Positions 20,976 to 33,950 are shown, counted from the stretch's first letter. The stretch is 64,000 nt of DNA from Sminthopsis crassicaudata (GCF_048593235.1 NC_133619.1:636780558-636844557); one strand, 5' to 3'. Notes: generated by a model not told the origin, from the letters alone. Numbers and translations: made by a program.

Positions 20976-22032
20976 ATACAAAATAAATGCAATGACACAA
21001 AATAAATGCACAGTGACACAAAATAAATGCAATGACACAAAATAAATGCACAGTGACACAAAATAAATGCAGTGACACAAAATAAATGCAGTGACACAAA
21101 ATAAACGCAGTGATACAAAATAAATGCAGTGACACAAAATAAATGCAGTGACAAAATAAATGCACAGTGACACAAAATAAATGCAGTGACAAAATAAATG
21201 CACAGTGATACAAAATAAATGCAGTGACACAAAATAAATGCAGTGATACAAAATAAATGCACAGTGACACAAAATAAATGCAGTGACAAAATAAATGCAG
21301 TGACACAAAATAAATGCACAGTGATACAAAATAAATGCAGTGACACAAAATAAATGCACAGTGACACAAAATAAATGCAGTGACAAAATAAATGCACAGT
21401 GATACAAAATAAATGCAGTGACACAAAATAAATGCACAGTGACACAAAATAAATGCAGTGATACAAAATAAATGCAGTGACACAAAATGAACGCAGTGAT
21501 ACAAAATAAATGCACAGTGACACAAAATAAATGCAGTGACAAAATAAATGCACAGTGATACAAAATAAATGCAGTGACACAAAATAAATGCAGTGACACA
21601 AAATAAATGCAGTGATACAAAATAAATGCAGTGACACAAAATAAACGCAGTGATACAAAATAAATGCACAGTGACACAAAATAAATGCAGTGACAAAATA
21701 AATGCACAGTGATACAAAATAAATGCAGTGACACAAAATAAATGCACAGTGACACAAAATAAATGCAGTGATACAAAATAAATGCACAGTGACACAAAAT
21801 AAATGCACAGTGATACAAAATAAATGCAGTGACACAAAATAAATGCACAGTGACACAAAATAAATGCAGTGATACAAAATAAATGCACAGTGACACAAAA
21901 TAAATGCAGTGACACAAAATAAATGCAGTGACACAAAATAAATGCACAATGATACAAAATAAATGCTATGACACAAAGTAAATGCACAGTGACACAAAAA
22001 AAATGCAGTGACACAAAATAAATGCACAGTGA
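20976..22032. repeat. AT-rich 17-21 bp minisatellite (GTGA[C/T]ACAAAATAAATGCA[CA]), roughly 50 units, embedded in L2-like sequence
   Basis: Seen directly. Unit count estimated from length. Confidence 0.95.
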
Positions 22033-22034
22033 TT

Positions 22035-23150
22035 CTTGGAGCTTGCTAACAACTTTCAAATTTTAAAAAAGGCTTCTTGAAGAAGAGGGTCCTTAAGCTG
22101 AGCCTTGATGGGATCTCAGGACTCCAAGAGGTAGTGAGAAGGGACAGAATTCCTGACATGGAGGACAGCCTAGACAAGGACATGAAAGTGGGTATGGAAT
22201 GGGAGTGAATGAACAAAAAGCATTTATTAAAAGCTTTCTGTGTTCCAGTGGCTGTACTGAATTCTGAGGCTACAGATATAAACAAGCAAGATGATTCCTG
22301 AACAGTAAATATAACAGGTGTGATAAGCCTGGGAAGGTAAACTTGTGAAGGGCTTTAAATGACAAACAGAAGAGTGATGCTTTTTTCCTAGAGAGAATAG
22401 GGAGCCAGTGAAGCTTCTGAAATTGATTATGAAATGGTCAGATCTGTGATTTAGGAAGATCACTTTAACAGCTGAATGGGGGGTGATTTGGGGGGAAGAG
22501 AGAGAGGCTAAAGTCAGGGATGCCTTTGCAGTCATTCAGACAAAAGGTGATGATGCTTTGGATCAGGGTGGTTCTGGTGTGAGTTTACAAATTCTAGTGT
22601 TTAATCAGCAAGTCTTGTAACTAAGTGAAGATGGGGGGGAGGTGAAGGAGAGTGGAGTACACCCCTGAAGCCACCATCCGAGGTGACTGAAAGGATGGTG
22701 GTGTCCTTGAAAGTTGGGAGGAAGGTTGGGTTTAGGGGAAATAATCTATTCCATTTTGAAGGAAGAGTTAAGAGAGGTCTGTGGCAGAGGAGCTGTCCAG
22801 CACTTGGAAGGATGGTATTGAAGGTCAAGAAGTTATTAGTGAATAGCTAAGTAAGTGAAATCCTTTCATAGGATGATAATTGAGTCCTTGGGAGCTGAAA
22901 AAAATCGCAGAGAATGTAGAAAGAGGGCCAAGATAAAGATACGTCCATCATTAGGTTGTGGGGCATGGATAGTGATCTTGCAAAGAGAACTGCAAAGGAA
23001 TGGCCAGAGGAGGAGGAAGAGAGCTATAAGAGAAGCCATGATCTGTCAACCAGACATGAAAGGTTGGGCAGGAGAGAGGATATTTGCAAAGAAGGGGCTG
23101 GTTAAGTGTCAAATGTTTCTGAAAAGTCAATAAATGCTTGTCAATTGATC
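22035..23150 (-). mobile_element. Degenerate L2 LINE segment
   Basis: Typical L2-like phrases (taagctgagccttga, ggagcca.tgaag.tt, atggtcagatctgtg.tttaggaagatcact, ttgaaggaagag). No intact ORF. Confidence 0.55.
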
Positions 23151-23648
23151 ACTGTCTTCTTGACTATTTTTCATCTGATTCCCCCCATTCTCCCATGGAT
23201 CCTGCATTCTCTAATTCTCTGTACTCTGACCCTCCACTTCTGACTCTCCTTTTCTAGATTCTCCAGCTCCCTATTTCCTCCTCCATCCATTTGATTTCTT
23301 CTAATGATCCTTCCTCAGTTTCTTCTTCCATCTTTCTTGTCCATTTAATTTTCTCCTCCTTGACCATGTATGTCTGAGAGGAGAAATGGGAATCTGAGCC
23401 TAGGGATTTGAATGTCTGAAGAGGGAGACGAGAGTTTAAATCTGAATGGAAAAGATAGTCCCAGGTCTGATGGGGGAGCCTGTGACCTTGGACAGAGCCT
23501 GTGCCTGCCCTCAATGCCTGAAGCTGTTCAGGTTTCCAGCAGATGCTTTCTGGACTCCTTCCTAATTGTATCTAATGAGAAAATGCATCTAAAATTAACT
23601 CAGGCCTGGGGGCAGCTCCTTTCCCATCACTGGAGGAGATGCCAGGGA

Positions 23649-23652
<4 letters not shown>

Positions 23653-23698
<46 letters not shown>
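23653..23698. repeat. (GA)n microsatellite
   Basis: Seen directly. Confidence 0.95.
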
Positions 23699-23699
<1 letters not shown>

Positions 23700-25661
23700 A
23701 AGACTTAGTAGCTATGGAAGAGACAAGGAGAATCTGAAACAAAGCTTCAAAGCTCTGGGGTGGGGAAGAGAGGATCAGGGACACAGATAGAAAGATAGAA
23801 TCATAGAATTATGGGAGAGACAGAAGCCAACCATAGAAGTTCCTGATACAAAGAAGGATAACCACAAACTTGCCGGACTTCCAGGCCCCTCAAAGAATAT
23901 CTAAATAGTATGATCCCTTTCAACATTCTTGACAAATGGACATCTAGCCCATACTTAATCAATAGCAAACCCAGGATCTTCTGACACATTCCCTTTTCCT
24001 ACTGGATTTCTTTGTCAGGAAGTTTAATATCCATTCTAACTCCTCTTCTTTCTCCTAGTGCTCCTGAGTCTGCTCTCTGGACTAAGCAGAACAAAGTTAA
24101 TCAAGCTTCCTTGGGACAATATTTGATAACTGCTCTCCATCCTATTCTCCAAGCTTTTTTGAATTAGTTTTTTTAATTCTGAGCTTAAAATTAAAAAATT
24201 AATATTTCTATATACACAGCAGAACGCAAAAGGAGAGTTGTATATGAAACCATTCCATTTCATATTGCTTGATTTTTAAAAAGTATATAATAAATTCTAA
24301 ATGTCATTTTCAAAGCTGTCCTAACTGTCTGTGCTTCTTGCTCAACTTCCATCTCTTTTGTACATTACAAACTATTTCAATAGACCTCTTTTTTTTTGCC
24401 TCATCACTCTTGCTAATTTCTTGTCCCCCCCTACCCCCCCCTTGTGCTTAAAAACTGAAAGAAAGGGGGGGGATCAAGGAAAGCAATCTCTCCATACTTC
24501 TCTGTTAGGAGAGAGGTAACAGGGTTTATCATAGGTCCTCGATCATCAATTTCTTTAACCAGTTCTTGGCATGAGCTCAAAACTCAAGTTACTTCATCTT
24601 TGTGGGCCTCAGTTTCCTTAATTGTAAAGGATTAGACTCGATGATTTCACAGGTCCCTTCTGGCACTAAATATATGATCCTATGGTCTTATTCACCGCCA
24701 TTTTCTTCTAGTTGTTCTCCAGTTTGTCAGTGTCCTTTTTTTTTTTAGAACTGGACACAAAAATTCTGGTGGGATCTAAGTAGGTCCAAGGTGAAGAGGA
24801 CTGTGAGGAAGTAATAATAATGATAGTTAAATTTTATATAGCACCTTAAAGACTGGAAAATGCTTTGCTCTGAAACTACTTTCCCAGTTACCACTTCCAT
24901 TAGCAGGCCAGAACCTCAAAATGCAGCTGTTATTGTTGCTCAGGTCCTTGGAGTAACCTTGAAAAACTAGGCTTTTTAAATATTATTCATAAGCCCCTAC
25001 TAGCGTTCTCTCCACTGCTTATCAGCCAGACCAAATGTACTTTTAGAAAGAGTATTTATTAAGTAGATAAACCAAAGAAGGATTGTCGTTACGGAAACAT
25101 CACTACCCCCACTTCCCCCAAATCAGAGAAATGCCTTTTTTTTTTTTTTTTGTACATCCAAAGTCCGTGGTGAGAGTGGGTTCAAAATTGGAGCACGTGT
25201 GTGGTCAGAAAGTAAATTTTTAACTCCTGGTTATTGGAAGTCTTTTCTCCATTTCTGTCATCTTCGTGAAATTCCCCTTGGGTATAACTCTCTGCTGGTC
25301 TCTGAGGGTTCTGGGGGTACCCATGTAGAACCCTGAAAATTGTCTTTCTTCCATGGATCTGGTATGTGCTAGGTGTGTTTCTCAGCTCCCGGTGCCATCC
25401 ACTATTGCTCTGGGAATATCGCTGCTGATGCTGAAATCTAAAAGATCAAGGGGAGGCAGAGTGGGGACCATTCCCTCCCAGGAATTCTTTATTGCTGGAT
25501 TTCATGACCACTTGTCTGACAGCCTCTTGCTGCTTTTATACATAGCCCCCAGGAGGCATAACTGATTTCCAGCAGCCAGTCTCAAGATATTTCCTCCCTT
25601 TAAGTCCCAACTAAAATCCCATCTTTTATTGGAGCCCCTCCTCGCTCCCTCCAAATTCTGC

Positions 25662-25896
25662 TTGTTGTTCAGTCCTTTCAATCATGTCTTCACTCCGTGT
25701 GCTCCCATTTGGGGTTTTCTTGGCAAAGTTACTAGAGTGATTGGTCATTTCCCTTCTCTAGTTCATTTGACAAATGACTAAACTGAGGCAAACAGGGTGA
25801 AGTCACACAGATAGGAAGTGTCTGAGGTCATATCTGAACTCAGGTCTTCCCAACTTCAGGCCCAGAACTCTCTCCACTTCGTCACCTAGCTGCCCA
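25662..25896 (-). mobile_element. Near full-length MAR1-type SINE
   Basis: Reverse RTE tail (gttcagtc...ccatttggggttttcttggcaaag), CORE (aaactgaggcaaacaggg) and tRNA-like head (cacctagctgccc). Confidence 0.78.
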
Positions 25897-27199
25897 CCAA
25901 ATTTTGGAGCCTTGAAGCTCTATTGCTTATTTTCTGTATATACCTTACTTCATACATGTTTGTTTGAATGTTGTCTCTGCCATTAGGCTCGAGAGTGGAC
26001 ATTGTCTCTTGCCTCTTATTGTACCCCAGCTTAGCAGTGTCTGGCACACAGTAGGCACTTAATAAATGCTTATTGGATCAGATCACACTGAGCTTATTTT
26101 CATTGATTGATTCAATGAAGAATTCTAAATCTTCATTATTAATCAGGGCAGGATTGGGATTGGGGATGGGCTCCACTCTTATACAAATATTATCTCAATA
26201 AGCCACAGAGAACTGGTTTCCCGCCTCGCCAATCTAATCTGATAGACCTTGGCAGCCAGACTCAGTGTCATCTTGCCAAGGAGCCTGGTCAAGTCTAGCA
26301 GAATCTCTGATAAGTTCTAACTGATCTCTAACCTTCATCACTAAGAAGATGCATTGTTAGCTGCCAGCCTAGAGCCTGTGAAGAGTCCCCAAGTTCTGGG
26401 TCGTATATCTTCCTGAGTTCCCTTTAGCCTCCAAGGTCTTTAAGACATCTAAAAATGAGCAGCACCTTTCCCGGGGCTCCAACAAAGACCATTTCCTAGG
26501 ATAGGGATGGAGGGAGAGGGGAAGCAGAAGGGAGAGGAAAAATTGCATTCTGGGAAGAGGAGAAACAGAAAGGGGAAGGGGGTTGCATTCTGGGCCGTAC
26601 TCTCATCACGTCATTTCCCCAGGACCCAAACCACAGGTTCCTTCTTTTTTTTTTTTTTTCTCCTGGAAAATGTCCCTACCCCCCATCCAACAGAGCTCAC
26701 AAACATCATAGGACTGGCTCGGGGTTTCTGAGGGAGTTGGGGATTGGGCCTGGGGAGACAGAAAAACTCCCGCTTGTTCCATTTCCTATTCCTTCTGAGG
26801 CAGGGAAGCAGCTGGTCCTCTTTCCCAGTCCCAGTCTCCATCACCAACCCCCAGAGGGCAGTGATCGCCATGGCCTTCTGCTGTGGGTCCCACTGGCTCC
26901 ATAGGAGACCACCCCAGAGGCCGTGCATTTAGGACCACCTTTTGTGTCTCTTTTCTTTCTCCACTTTCTCTGTTCATGTTATATATCGGTCTCTGTCTCT
27001 ATCCCTTCCCCTCTCTGTCTTCCCCAGTAGCAGACCCAGTAAGTTGAGACACCACAATGAGGCTCCATCCGTGGCTAATTGAAAGCCTGGGGCTGGAGGC
27101 CTGATGCCTGGGTCCTTGGGAGGTAGGACCTTGGGGGGATCCAGTGCCTGGGTTCCCTGGTGTCATGCCTCTCTCCCTCCCCCCTTCTCCCCGCCTCCT

Positions 27200-27207
27200 A
27201 CTTCCTC
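27200..27207 (-). promoter_or_regulatory. PU.1/ETS-type site (GAGGAAGT) upstream of the TYROBP ATG
   Basis: Consensus match ~70 nt upstream of the ATG, consistent with a myeloid promoter. Confidence 0.5.
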
Positions 27208-27276
27208 TCTGCTCAGACATTGCCACACCCTGCCCGTCCCTTCAGACCCCAGGCTCCAGATTCCCTTGGCCCAGCT

Positions 27277-29126
27277 ATGGGGAGAGGCAGAGCTCCCACC
27301 CTCTGCCTGGGCCTAGTCCTGGCCCTGCTCCTGACCCCAGGGGGTGAGTTGGGCTTGCTTTGAACCCTGGACAGGAAAATCTCCATAATCTTGGACCCAG
27401 AGCCTGGGAAGCTTGGTGGTTGGGCTGGGGAGGAGCTCTCTGGCGGGAAGACTTGGGGGGACTATCTGTATATGCTAGGAAGCGTCCGAGGACTCGCATC
27501 CCAAACCTTCTGATCTTTAGGTGTTCAAGCTCTTTAGCATCAAGACTTGGGGGTCCAGGAGGCTGGGACAGAGAGTGATAGTTTGGGAGGACTGAGGAGC
27601 ATTAAAATACTTTCTTCCACACCCTTAGTGGCTCTGGAGAAAGGTCCGGATGGCCCAGGTTGCATGTAAAGTCCCTCTGCTCTGCTTTGACTTTTGCTCA
27701 GATTTGACCCCTTTGGGGCTGGGAATCGGGGCCCTGAACTAGAAAGTTCCACTCTCAGTCTCTGAAAGTTAACATTTATGCTTCCCCTCCCCCAACAGAT
27801 TTCAAAATGGCAGGAGCTTGGACTTTCTGCCCTGTTGCTTCTCTGGACCCCTTCCTAAGATCTCTCTCCTGCTGGCTGCCCCTAGTCCTTCCTCCCCCCA
27901 GACTCCTCGTTGGCTCTCCAGGCACTTCCCAAGACTCCCTTTTGACTCCCAGAATCCTTCATGGATCCCCTCTCAGAAATCTTACTCTCGTTATCCTGGG
28001 AGAATCCTTCTGACCCTCCAGCCTCTCCCGGGATGTGCTCCGGGACCCCAGCCCCTGCCGGGTTCCCATTGCCTATCCCGTATCTCCCCTGATCCTGTGC
28101 TTTCCTTAGAATCTAGCCTCTGCCCGGGGGTGAGCCCAGGGATCCTGGCCGGGATCGTGCTTGGAGATCTCGTTCTGACCATCCTCATCGCCCTGGCCGT
28201 TTACTATCTGGGCCGCCTTGTGCCTCCAGGTCGGAATGCCCCAGAGGGTGAGGGAACGAGCTGGGCCTGCAGAGGGTGACGGTGTGGGGGGACCAGAGGA
28301 TGGGGCAGGGCGGGGACTGGGCAGAGCAGGGGAGGAAGGAACGGGAGACGCCAGCGTACTTGGAGGGTCGGGAGTGACCGGGGTGGGGAAAGCCTTGTCC
28401 GGGGAGAGCCCAGCGGCGGGGAAGAGCCGGGGGTCCCCAGTCCAGAAGGCCTCATACATGTCTTGCTTCCCTCCTTCTCCCTTCACCCAGCTTCCAAGAA
28501 GCAGAGAATGACAGAGACAGAGTCCCCCTATCAGGTAAGAGAAATCCCCTCGTGGCCCAGTTCCTCCCGGAGCCAGCCCGGGGCCTCGTGTCTGCTCTTT
28601 CTGTCTTCTCTAGCAGGAAAGCAAAGGCCCCATGGCCACACATGGGCCGGTCCAGCCCCAGGGCAGATTTTAAATCAGGACACATCAGATAAAAGAAAGA
28701 CTTTGGCTAAAGGAAAGGAATTTGGTAGCAGAGTACAGTAGCTTCTAAGCCAATTCCATCTCAGCCAGATGGAAGCGTGAGAATCCACTGGAGAGCCGGG
28801 TGGGCTAGGAGTGGGAGGCTGGGGGCAGGGGAGGCGGGCGAGGCTATTCTGGCTCCCTCGGGCTCTGCCCAGAGACTGCCTTGCCAGTCCGAGGAGAGCT
28901 GCTCCCCCCAGGCCTCCTAGCCAGGCCCTGGCCCCTTCTAGCCTCTGACATCACAGCCAGGGATCTTCATGACCCAGAAGAGGAGCCCCCTGGTACGTGT
29001 CCCCAATGAGTCCCCTTCATGTCACCCTTTGCCTAAGTCCTCCCAACCCCCCCCCCCCAGGAACTCCAGGGCCAGAGAGGAGACGTCTACAGCGACCTCA
29101 CTCCCCAGCATGGATTCTACAGATGA
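27277..29126 (+). CDS. TYROBP: TYROBP (DAP12) ITAM adaptor. Exons 27277-27343, 28110-28247, 28491-28534, 29061-29126; the small exon 2 was not identified
   Basis: Signal peptide, SPGILAGIVLGDLVLTILIALAVYYLGR with the TM Asp, ITAM ESPYQELQGQRGDVYSDL, phases consistent, AATAAA at 29260-29265. Confidence 0.95.
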
Positions 29127-29740
29127 GTCAGGACTCGGCCCTGAAGATGCCAGTGTGGGAAGCTCCCCGCCTCTGACCCCCAGAACCCACTGCCCCCTTA
29201 CAGCTCCCTGTCCTTGTCAGTGACCCCGGAGCCTTCCCCCCTCCCAGCATTCTTCTCACAATAAACATGGAGCAGAGACCTGATCTGTGCTGAACTTTTG
29301 GTTTCCCGGAGGTTAAGGGTCAGGGGGCGGGTGAAGGGGCCAGGGTCCTAAGGGCCTGCAGGTAATCAGAGAGCGGCAACCTCTGCCTCCTAGGACCTGG
29401 GATTCTTGGTCCTGCAGGGCTTGGAAACGGGCCCGCCAGATCCTTGCTTTCGAAGTTGTGGAAATCACCAGATCCCAGGTTTTAAAATCATGGCTCTACC
29501 TGAGCCCCGGGAGCACGGCTTACGGGGACATTTGGGTCCTGGGGATCCCAGGCTCCACACCCAACAGGGAGCGATACATGACGTTCTAGTGAAAGGCTAG
29601 ATCCATGTCCTGCGCGTAAAAATGACTTCTTTATTTCTGGAGCGAAGGAGGCTACAGTGAAAACGGGGCGGGGGCAAGTCATCCCAGGGTTCTCCGAAGA
29701 CAATGTGGGTGCTTGTTCACAAGGCAGGGGTGCTGGGGGC

Positions 29741-31279
29741 TCAGTTTCTTCCCGGCATGTTCACGTAGACCCTGCTGTTCTCTGGGGAGAAAGAACGACC
29801 TCAGGAGGAGCCAGAACCCATCTCCACAGCCCTCTTCCAGGAGACCCTCCTCCCTCCTCTCCTTCCGGCCACAGCTTCTCACCTGGTTTCTGGGCGGCCC
29901 TCCGGGGCCGGGCACAGGCGAACACGGCTCCCACGATGAGCAGGGTCACCAAGGCGTCAGCAGCCACGAGTCCCACGAGCAGGGGCAGGGACAGGGGCCC
30001 ACAGTGAGAGTCCGGGGCCGAGGAATCCACTGAGGCAGAGGCACAGTCAGGCCAGGGGTGGGGGGAGATGGGGAGAAAAGGCCCTCACCCCCAGCCCAGG
30101 GCTCGGGACATCTGGAGAAGGGGACCCTGGGCCCTCCCTCTTACCTGAAGGCACCTGCGCTGCAGCCACTTCGAGGATGGGAGGAGAGAGCATCAAGAGG
30201 TGTTCGGGGACTCAGAAACCCAGACACAAACAGAAAGAGGAACCTTAGATCCTGAGGTGAAAGGGACCCTCGAGGTCAACCAGTCCAGCCTTTTCATTTG
30301 GTCCATGAAGAGACTTAGAGAGTTTCAAGGCTTGGCCAAGGTCACACAGTGTCTGCTGTAATTCGAACCCAGTCTCCTGCTCATGCTGAACTGCCGGGAA
30401 GTCTGTCCGACTCGCTGGCCCCGGGGGTCACGGCCCCCCAGGTCCTTCTACCCTGCACTAGCTCCCAAATTCCCAAAGTTCCCTGCTTCCGTGACACTAC
30501 CCATCTTCTCCTCTCCCGTCCCCTGCTCCTTTCACCTTCAATCTCTCCCAACATCAGGGACTTTACCAATGAGTCCCATCTTCTCATTAGGGGGTCAAAG
30601 TATTTCAGCTTTAATATGTGATCTTCCTGCACTCCAGCTGCCCCCCCTGAACGCCAGCCTTTCACAGAGAAGGAAGAACCTGAAACCCAGAGAGGTGAGG
30701 TTTGCCGTGACATCCAGGGAATGAGTGGCAAAATCAAGACCTGAACTCAAGTCCTGGGACTCTATCAGAAATCCTTCCGCTGCCCCATGAATTCCAGAAT
30801 GTGAGAATCAGGGGTTCTCTGCGGTCACTGGGCTGCGTGGGTCAGAGAAGAGAGAGGAAGGATCCAGAGGGAGAAAGATGGAGGCCGAGAAGGGGGAGAG
30901 AGTGAAGGGAGAGCAATGGAGAGAAATAAGGAAAGGGAGAGAAGAGACCCAGAGAAAGAAAGACAGAGAAAAAGAGGAGACACACAAGGGAGAGAAAGGA
31001 GAGACTCAGAGGAAGAAAAGTAAAGAGAGAAGGAGAGAGTAGAGAGATCTGAGGGAGAAAGAGAGAGACAAAGAAGGAAAAAAAGACAAGAGGGAGAGAA
31101 AGGAGAGACTCAGAGGAAGAAAAGTAAAGAGAGAAGGAGAGAGGAGAGAGATCTGGGGAAGAAAGAGAGAGACAAAGAAGGAAAAAAAGACAAGAGGGAG
31201 AGAAAGGAGAGACCCAGAGAAATGGCAAGAAAGAAGGGGGAGAGAGAAGGAAGAGATGGAGAAAGATAAGGAGAGAGAG

Positions 31280-31330
<51 letters not shown>

Positions 31331-33950
31331 GAGACAGAGAGACAGATGCAGAGAGAGACAGAAATACAGAGGAAGAACAATGGAGAAAAAGAAGAGAGAG
31401 ACACACACAAGGGAGAGAGGAGAGACCTGGAGGAAAAGAAATAGAGAGAGAAGGAGAGAGTGAGAGATCCAGGGGAGAAAAAGAAGGAAAAAAAGACAAA
31501 AGAGAAAGGAGAGATCCAGAAAAATGGAGAGAGAAAAGGGTAAAGAGGAGGAAGAGNNNNNNNNNNNNNNNNNNNNNNNNNNNNNNNNNNNNNNNNNNNN
31601 NNNNNNNNNNNNNNNNNNNNNNNNNNNNNNNNNNNNNNNNNNNNNNNNNNNNNNNNNNNNNNNNNNNNNNNNNNNNNNNNNNNNNNNNNTGGAGGAAAAG
31701 AAGAGAGACATACACACAAGAGAGGAGGGAGCGATATGAAGAAAGATGGAGAGAGAGAAAGAGAGAGAAGAGAAAGAGAGAGGAGAGACTCAGAAAGAAA
31801 TGGAGAGAGAGGAGAGACAGGGGAAGAACGATGAAGGAAAAGAAGAGGAAGAGAGATGGAGAGAGAGACAAGAAGGAGAGAGAAAGGGGATCCAAAGGAA
31901 AAAAGATGGAAGGAAAGAATGAGAGAGAAGGAAGGAGAGAGATAGAGGGGGATAATGGGGGAGAGGAAGGGAGAGAAACCAAGAGATACAGAGAGAAGCA
32001 ACTGCGTTCAGTAACCGCTAAGTTCCTCACTGTATGGAGAGCCTCGGTGCTGGGGATACACAAGTACCGGCTCTCCTAGAGCCTGCAGTCTAACAGGGTG
32101 GGAGTGAGGGAGAAGAAAAGTCTACAAACACAGGCTATGTGGTAGAGAATGACTTAAGGGACCGGGGAAGGCCAGATAGACATGGATGAGAGCTCACGGG
32201 CAGCCAGGCCATTGTAAGGGTTAGAATGATCGATCTGAAGTCAGGAAACCTTGCACTCACGTCCAGCCTCAGACCAGCTGCGTGACTCTGGACATGCTCT
32301 TTCCGTCTCAGCTTCCTTATCTGTAAAATGGAGCTAATAACAGCCCCTACTTCCCAGGACTATTGTGAGGATGATATCAGCCGAGTACTTTATAAACCTT
32401 AAATGACTATTAATGTTAGCTGTTATCGCCACCTGACAGCGATCTCAGAGTCCAAATTCCTCATTTACCAGATGAGGAAATTGATACCCAGAGAGCTTAA
32501 GTGATTTTTGTGAGTCGGCTAAGAGATGAGGGAGGATTTTAACACCACTTTCTCCGTCCACGTCTACAGATTTCATCCCTTGAGGAAATGACCATGTTGG
32601 GGGGGGGGGTCAGATAAGTGGGAAAGTTGTTTAAGCGGGGATTTTAAAATCTGGTAGGAATTCTAAGAGCATCCAAGGGATGGGAAGAGGCAGCATCTAG
32701 CACGTTGCCTGGTTGGGCTGGACCATAGCCCTCGAGAGGTTCGGAACCAGACTGGGGGGCCCTGAATGCCAGCTTCAAATGTTGCTCCTGAGGGACTTTT
32801 GAACAGGAAATTCATTCAGCAGACAAATTATTCAGGCAATAGCACATGGAACCAATTGGGGGAAAAGGGAAGATGGGAGAAGAAGAGAAAGAAGGAGAGA
32901 ACTGTCCAGAACTTATTTTTTTAGTTCAAAGAAATAAGGTGGAGTGGAGAGATGAAGGAGGAGGTTGAGTAGATGGACAGCTTCAGAGAATCAAAAAATC
33001 AGGATGAAAGGGGCCTTCCGAAATCATTCATCTCAACCCTTTCATGTTAAAAATGAAGAAACTGGTTCAGCAAGGGGGATTGCCTTGCCCAGGGCACCCA
33101 GTCCGTGGGACGTGGGTGATCTTGCCAGCGTCCCCTCCCACCCTCTCCCCACTCTACAGTCTCTCCAAGACCGGGTTATAATTGATTGCCTGAGACAGGA
33201 ACAAGAGGAAAGAAGCAAAGGATTGCCAAGTGGTGGCCGGAGTAAGTGGGTGGGATGTTGCTACAGACAGAATGAAGTCAGAAGGCATGGGCCCTGTAGG
33301 CCGAGGGGGTGGGGCAGGTGGCCTTGGTATTGGTAATGGAGAGAGAGGGCAGCGAGGTGGTGCAGTGGGCACAGCGCCGGACACGGAGCCCAGACGCAGC
33401 CCAGAAACTTGCTAGCTGTGCGAGCTGGGCAAGTCACTTAATTCTGCTTGCCTCAGTTTCCTCGTCTGAGCTGAGCTGGAGAAGGAAATTTTGACCTGCT
33501 TCTTTATCTTTGTCAAGAAAACCTCACCTGGGGTTATGAAGAGTTGAACACAACTGAAAAAATGACTGGATTATCACAAAATATAGAGACGGGGGAAGGG
33601 GAGAGAGAGACGGAGAGAAGACAGAGACACAGAGACAGAGACAAAGAGAGAGATAGAAACAGAGAGAGAGACAGAGAGAAGACAGAGACACAGAGACAGA
33701 GACAAAGAGAGAGATAGAAACAGAGACAGAGAGAAGACAGAGACAGAGACAGAGATGGAGAGAGACAGAAAGAGACAGAGACAGAGACAAAGAGAGAGAC
33801 AGACAGAGACAGAGACAGTTAGAGACAGAGAACAGGTGCAAAGCAAGGGCCATGAGCCCCAGGCTTCACCTGGCCTTGAAGTGGGGGAAGGGAAGGAGAC
33901 CACTGACCTGTGAGCAGGGCCAAGAGCAGGCTGGCTGCCCGGGGATTCAT
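29741..33950 (-). CDS. HCST: HCST (DAP10), 84 aa. Exons 33908-33950, 30145-30168, 29883-30029, 29741-29781
   Basis: Spliced product [84 protein letters not shown]. It has the TM Asp and YxNM motif, a polyA signal at 29630-29635, and lies tail-to-tail with TYROBP. Exon 1 placement is less certain than the rest. Confidence 0.92.
30243..30380 (-). mobile_element. MIR/MIR3-like SINE
   Basis: agggacc.tcgaggtca.ccagtcca...ggccaaggtcacacag...tcgaacccagtctcctg. Confidence 0.55.
30845..32000. repeat. GA-rich low-complexity tract with ~105-bp internal duplications and (CA)n at 31281-31324, inside HCST intron 1
   Basis: Seen directly. Includes the N gap 31557-31689. Confidence 0.88.
32265..32428 (+). 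mobile_element. MIR SINE
   Basis: ctcagcttccttatctgtaaaatgg.gctaataacag.ccctac.tcccagg..tattgtgagg. Confidence 0.7.
33598..33832. repeat. AGAGAC-type degenerate microsatellite
   Basis: Seen directly. Confidence 0.88.

Noticed and set aside
20870-22059. Cys/His/Phe-rich ORFs in all three minus frames; CRISPR-like reading of the array
   Set aside because: The repeat unit lacks stop codons on that strand. There are no unique spacers or cas genes, and the DNA is mammalian.
33520-33570. Strong minus-strand donor (CCCCAG|GTGAGG) considered as HCST exon 1
   Set aside because: It lies in SINE-tail-like sequence with no signal peptide. The exon at 33908-33950 fits in length, phase and hydrophobicity.
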